Shown in pieces: positions 46,382 through 51,872 of a stretch of 51,872 bases of DNA. The notes under the pieces are model-generated. The model ran no database searches and was not told the origin of the DNA. It was given only the letters and a program-made list of their open reading frames with translations. Position numbers and translations under genes: made by a program. The DNA is from Nemertoderma westbladi (taxonomy: Eukaryota > Animalia > Xenacoelomorpha). Every line of letters starts with the position of its first letter. Positions within the stretch are counted from its first letter, which is position 1. The stretch spans positions 1-51,872 of the forward strand of contig JAUCBJ010001343.1 of the NCBI GenBank assembly GCA_032718475.1, given 5' to 3'.

Positions 46382-47910
46382 GGTAATGGTGAAAAATATC
46401 GAGACTTGAAAAATATCGAGAGTAAAAATAACAAGTGTTGAAAAATATCGAGAGTAAAACTATCGAGAGTAAAAATATCGAGTGTTGAAAAATATCGAGA
46501 GTAACAATAACGAGTGTTGAAAAATATCGAGAGTAAAAATATCGAGTGTTGAAAAATATCGAGAGTAAAATATCGAGTGTTGAAAAATATCGAGAGTAAA
46601 AATATCGAGAGTAAAATATGGAGAGTAAAAATATCGAGTGTTGAAAAATATCGAGAGTAAAAATATCGAGTGTTGAAAAATATCGAGTGTTGAAAAATAT
46701 CGAGAGTAAAAATATCGAGTGTTGAAAAATATAGAGAGTAAAAATATTGCGTTTTGTGCGAGCATTTTATTTAGAATTATTATAGGTTACAATAGTGAAA
46801 CTGCAAATAAATGGCATTAATACACCTTGGCTACCCATTTACCAGATTTATGATACTAGCTAGTTTTTGCTATTTTTTTAAATAAATATTATAGGAGAAG
46901 TGCTAGCTATCAATTTTGATAAATATTTTTGTTCTAGAACACATTTTTTAGTTCTATATCACATTTTTAATTTTTAAAAAAAGCCAGTATTTTCTACTTC
47001 ATTTTATAAATGTTATAGAACACGTGTCCCCGCGTGCGCCCGTGTAAGCTACCAATATTGATAAATATTTTTGTTCTAGAACACATTTTTTTGTAATAGA
47101 ACATTTTTAGGAAAAAAATTTTCATACAACCCTTATTAAAAAATTGTTACTATCGATATTTTTACTCTCGATATTTTTCAACACTCGATATTTTTACTCT
47201 CGATATTTTTCAACACTCGATATTTTTACTCTCGTTATTTTTACTCTCGATATTTTTCAACACTCGATATTTTTCAACACTCGATATTTTTACTCTCGAT
47301 ATTTTACACTCGATATTTCTACTCCCGATATTTTTCAACACTCGATATTTTTCAACACTCGATATTTTTACTCTCGATATTTCTCAACACTCGATATTTT
47401 TACTCTCGATATTTTTACTCTCGATATTTTTACTCTCGATATTTTTCAACACTCGATATTTTTACTCTCGTTATTTTTACTCTCGATATTTTTCAACACT
47501 CGATATTTTTACTCTCGATATTTTACACTCGATATTTCTACTCCCGATATTTTTCAACACTCGATATTTTTCAACACTCGATATTTTTACTCTCGATATT
47601 TTTACTCCCGATATTTTTCAGCACTCGATAATTTTACTCTCGATATTTTTCAACACTCGATATTTTTCAACACTCGATATTTTTACTCTCGATATTTTAC
47701 ACTCGATATTTCTACTCCCGATATTTTTCAACACTCGATATTTTTCAACACTCGATATTTTTACTCTCGATATTTCTCAACACTCGATATTTTTACTCTC
47801 GATATTTTTTGAACTCTCGATATTATCGTTATTTTTCAACACTCGATATTTTTACTCGCGTTATTTTTACTCTCGATTTTTTTCATGTCTCGATATTTTT
47901 CAATATAACC
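46382..47910. mobile_element. Foldback (TU/FB-like) element with TIRs built from short tandem repeats
   Basis: Left arm has AAAAATATCGAGAGT / GTTGAAAAATATCGAGT units (46382-~46745). Right arm has their reverse complements (~47150-47910). Termini GGTAAT.../...ATAACC. 8-bp TSD AGAATACC at 46374-46381 and 47911-47918. Confidence 0.88.
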
Positions 47911-48215
47911 AGAATACCCATATACTGTACAGTGTATTTCTATAGAAATTTTATTCTCGTAATTTGAATTTTTTTAATCTCATGCAGGGTGCTGTGGGCG
48001 GAAACAATTTTTTTAATTTCTCTTTACTTTTGAGGATTCTCTTTTCCATGGTATGGGTGATTCTCAATAAAAGTGGCCGAAACTGAATTTCACAAAAGTA
48101 AGGAAAACTATATAAATTCGGAGACCTCTTAATTACTACTGAATTCAATGGTGCTATTGGTCGAGCTTAATTAGGTCTTTGATTATTTCAACAGACCAAA
48201 GAAAATTGTCCAGTC

Positions 48216-50583
48216 TGTAATGCCACGTCCTTGCCTGTAAATTAATAAATTAATATACAAATTGCCTTAATTCTCACACCTTAAACAAATTGTCAGTGTC
48301 TGCGTCTGTATACTTTTATACAGGTGGTTTTACACGCATTGGTGGCATAAGGTACTAAAAAACGCGGATAGATCTGAAACAGGACAAAGCTAACGAAAGC
48401 TACCGAAAAGGTTATGTGAAAATTATCGAAAAGATTTTTAAGTAAGGGTGAAAGCTATCGCATTCACTGATAATCACGAGGGGCACATTTGGTACATTCA
48501 GTGTTCGAAACAAAAATCGATTGGGGCTATAATTCAAATAATTGCCGTTTAATTTCAAATTGAACGCAGGAACGCAGCCAACAAACATCGAGGTCAGCCC
48601 TACAAGGAAAATATATGACAAGACCCTACCTGTTAAACTAGCGTGTCCCTGCCTAACCAATAAAGACACAAAGACTGCTCTACTGTTAAACAGGGGTAAT
48701 CAGGAGCGTGTTATTACTAATGTAGGGCTGCTAAATACAAAACCGCTACTCACCGTTGGATGGCGCTAACCTGCCGTCCACTAATATATTTTACTAATTT
48801 TCTACGGCTCCTGCTAATCGCTTGTTCCTTTCTCTACCGATCGCTCGATAGAGAGCTAACTGTTCGAACATATGAGCCACGCGGGAATAACCAAAACAAT
48901 AAACCCGAATCGGCTCCCTAAGCTTACTTAAGACGAGTGTGAGAGGCTTTACACTCAGAGTACTGTATATTCTTATGGTCTAATCTTACTGTTAAAACGC
49001 GCTAATAATTACGTCTTTTCTAATCGCGAATACTGGGGTTCCCTAACGGAATGTGTGAATGTGAGAATATTTAAATAATCAAAAAATGGTACAGTGTTTT
49101 ATTAGGGCTAATACCTACTATGGGACTAAACTTGCCTTCGGCTGGCTTTAGGCCAGCAATTTACTGATGCGTGTTGCGTACTGGATACTGCGATCTAACT
49201 TATTGCCTGCTAATTCAAATAACCGCCCAGCATGAATAGTGTACGGTACTCCAAATTATTACCTTAACTACTCTCCGCTATGCTGCGTACAAATTCTTAA
49301 TTTTACTAATTAATTACAGTCACAAATATGCAACAGCGTACTAATTACTAAGTGTTCCGGAATGCGTAATTCTAATTTATTACACAGCGGGTTGCACTAG
49401 TAACAGTCTAAATACCGTATTATTTTCGACCTAATCAGTAATTATTTATAGTAAACTAAGAAATAGAAATCAATCAAAGGAAAAGAGCGCCTACCTAAGC
49501 ATTCGTGATTTATTAGGCACACTTTAGTAACACACCAATCAGCGTAACAATCAATAGTTTAAACTTACCAATCATAGTTCCTAATGTACAATTCACAATC
49601 AGCAGTCAGCAATTCACAATACAGTACAGTTTGCCATTCGCAATGTTCGCAACTCGCAATGTGAAGTATGAAGGCCTCTCCCGGGTACATCTAAGGCTTT
49701 CTAACTAACCCGATTCCTGCCCCCCTAATACTACAAAATAGAGATAAAATCTGGATTATCAGCCCTCTAATTACTGTACCAGCGAGCTGTCTTCACTTCA
49801 TACCGCTAACTTTCTGACCGCAACAGTGACCCCTGCCAGCATTGCTTGCCTTTGAATCCTCCGCGCTCCCTTCGTCGCTAACCCCCCGATGCGCCCGCCG
49901 CGCCTACCGGTACCTTAGCCCTCCATCTAATGGGTAGCTACCGTAACAGCGCATGCAAATCATAAAGTCTGACAGTCTGAGGAAATCCCGTGGGATTATT
50001 GCATCGAAAAGGAATCACATAGAACCATTGACTAAAGGGTAGAAATCATAGTTCCAATTGTAATTGGCAGTAATCATTGGGATTGATTGAGAAACACAAG
50101 CAAGAATCAGCAAAGATTACAAATTAGCGAATCATTGCAAGAAATAATCGAAAAGGGCAGAATTATACGAATACAGAATTTACAAAGCAGATTAACTAGG
50201 ATTACTGAGATCAATTAGATTGCACATACCGGAAATACCGCCTATTTATAGGTGATTCATGGAGGATGATGCAATCGCTCTCTCATTGGCTCCCCAATCC
50301 GCGCTGCCGTTAGACCAACCTGGAAGCAGTTAGGCCAATAAAAAAGCCGAATTGTGAACCTATTGCTCCTTGAAATCACAAATCGTTACCATATATGGTA
50401 ATTTTGGCGATGCTTAATTTAGCGGTACTAATAATATGATGCACAGAAATTAATTTAGCGCAATTATAAAGAAAATTCAGACCAACACGTAGCTAGCCCT
50501 ATTGAGGCTAATAACAGCAAGCTTATATCCAGGGTCCAACAGGAAACTTGCTACCCTGGAACTATTACTTATATCCTATTACA
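48216..50583 (-). mobile_element. Putative ~2.4 kb solo LTR
   Basis: Bounded by TGTAAT (48216) and ATTACA (50583). Minus-strand CCAAT (50285-50289) upstream of TATAAATA (50243-50250). No real ORF. No TSD found. Confidence 0.4.
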
Positions 50584-50712
50584 AAACTACATACGTAGGG
50601 CTACATACTATACAAAATGGATGAATTCAAATATATGGGCGTTTTATTCTCCTTATCTAAATGTCATTGCGCGTTATTATGTCTTATCTAAATAATTATA
50701 CTGTACAACGGC

Positions 50713-51872
50713 TGTAAAAGCTTTTGCGTCATTAACCGGTTATTTTCCCTTAAAGTACTCTGTAGTTGGTTTGCCAGGCATAAAAAGGCCGTGTCCTTGC
50801 TGTACTGGTGTTTTAGAGGACATAAAAGTCATTTCTTCTGTATTTGTACTGTATTTGTACTTTAGAGGACATAATCCGCAATCTCGTGACGCAATAAGCT
50901 GGATACTCTTGAAAACAGTGTCGCTACCATGACGACGGCTAACAGCTGATATTGCCACGTCGACGTTTCTTTGTTTCTTTGTTCTCTCGTTGTTCGGTTG
51001 ACCAATCAGAGCGTTTTTTGTCTCTGTGTTGGAGGTGTATACAGAACTCAGTAGTTCAGTGTTATGTTTTTGCTCAGAGCCTAAGAACATCGGCTTTTAG
51101 CACCTCCGTATATCAGCGTTCTTTAGCTTTACATTAGTAGGCTTAATTATAGAACGTATATCTGTTATCAAACGACTAACTTGAGTTACCGAGTTAATTA
51201 CAACCTTATCATACATATCTATGCAATTCATATCTTACATTACTGCTTTGCTGTTGTTCATTATATTTGTTGATGAAATATTATATCGGAATACTGATCA
51301 ATAGTCAGACACCCCACCTTCTTGATATACTAAAGGTTAGAGAGACCGGTTACAGATAAACGATTGCGACCTATGTTGAGTGGTGTGAAGTGAATCTAAT
51401 GCTATTTCATATGCCCAACATAAATTGTCTGTTGCTCTCTTTATACGTGACCAAATTTAGTGAAGGTCGGCAGATTAGTGTGCAGTATTGTGCAGCATTG
51501 TGTATGATTGTAACTGATAACAAAGCATCTCCTAAAGAATGCGCCATATACGTTAATCTATAGCCTTTTCGTTGTGACTAGTTTAAGTCATAACTCTGTT
51601 TACATATTTAGAGCGCCACGTCCTAAAGGAACTGTTAATATTTCCCGAAAGTGAATAATATTTGTCAGAGATTATATATTACGATCAGTCGAATAATACA
51701 GTAGGCTTACACCATCAATCATTAAGCTCCGAACTCAGTCTCCCGGGTATATCCAACGGGTGAATGATTGCGCATAGACTGGCTTCGGCTAATGTAGTGT
51801 GTCAAATACTCGTCATAAAGCTAAAGAATATATATCATCTAAAAGACATTCTAATTTTGGCAGGTTAAACTG
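50713..51872 (+). mobile_element. 5' end of a second, diverged copy of the large LTR-like element, running off the window
   Basis: Starts TGTAAAAGCTT. Shares blocks with the reverse complement of 3549-4767, e.g. GCGCCACGTCCTAAAGGAACTGTTAATATTTCCCGAAAG, CAGTCTCCCGGG, GGTTAGAGAGACCGG and TTTTGGCAGGTTAAACTG. Confidence 0.75.

Noticed and set aside
46460-47812. Repetitive ORFs (LDIF/SRYF) and a CRISPR-like look of the short repeats
   Set aside because: These are translations of the foldback minisatellite. There are no unique spacers and no cas genes, and the context is eukaryotic.
48322-48356. GGTTTTACA followed by TGGTGGCA as a plus-strand LTR end plus PBS
   Set aside because: The 5-nt gap is long, the tRNA match is short, no coding region follows, and the promoter motifs point the other way.

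Overview
AT-rich, repeat-dense animal (probably invertebrate) nuclear DNA with spliceosomal introns. No prokaryotic features or CRISPR arrays. Two host genes are supported. (1) A four-exon class A peptide-receptor-like GPCR (9605-20991, +, about 408 aa spliced). (2) A probable dually acylated acidic disordered protein (MGACCGK..., 29982-30819, +) broken by one frameshift. Most of the remainder is mobile DNA: a near-intact Mag-like Gypsy element inside GPCR intron 2 (11806-17005); an RTE LINE split by a decayed Gypsy (22064-27560), which is itself interrupted by a Transib-like end with an RSS-like terminus; further RTE fragments; a decayed L2/CR1-group LINE; tRNA-derived SINEs; a 2.7 kb (CAGT)n array; an internally deleted piggyBac; and a TU/FB-like foldback element with an 8-bp TSD. 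The two window ends carry oppositely oriented, diverged copies of a large LTR-like element. The left copy leads into an unrecognised ORF of at least 399 codons (1197 to <1, minus strand) that the ORF track missed because it runs off the window. All calls are by eye, with no database searches.
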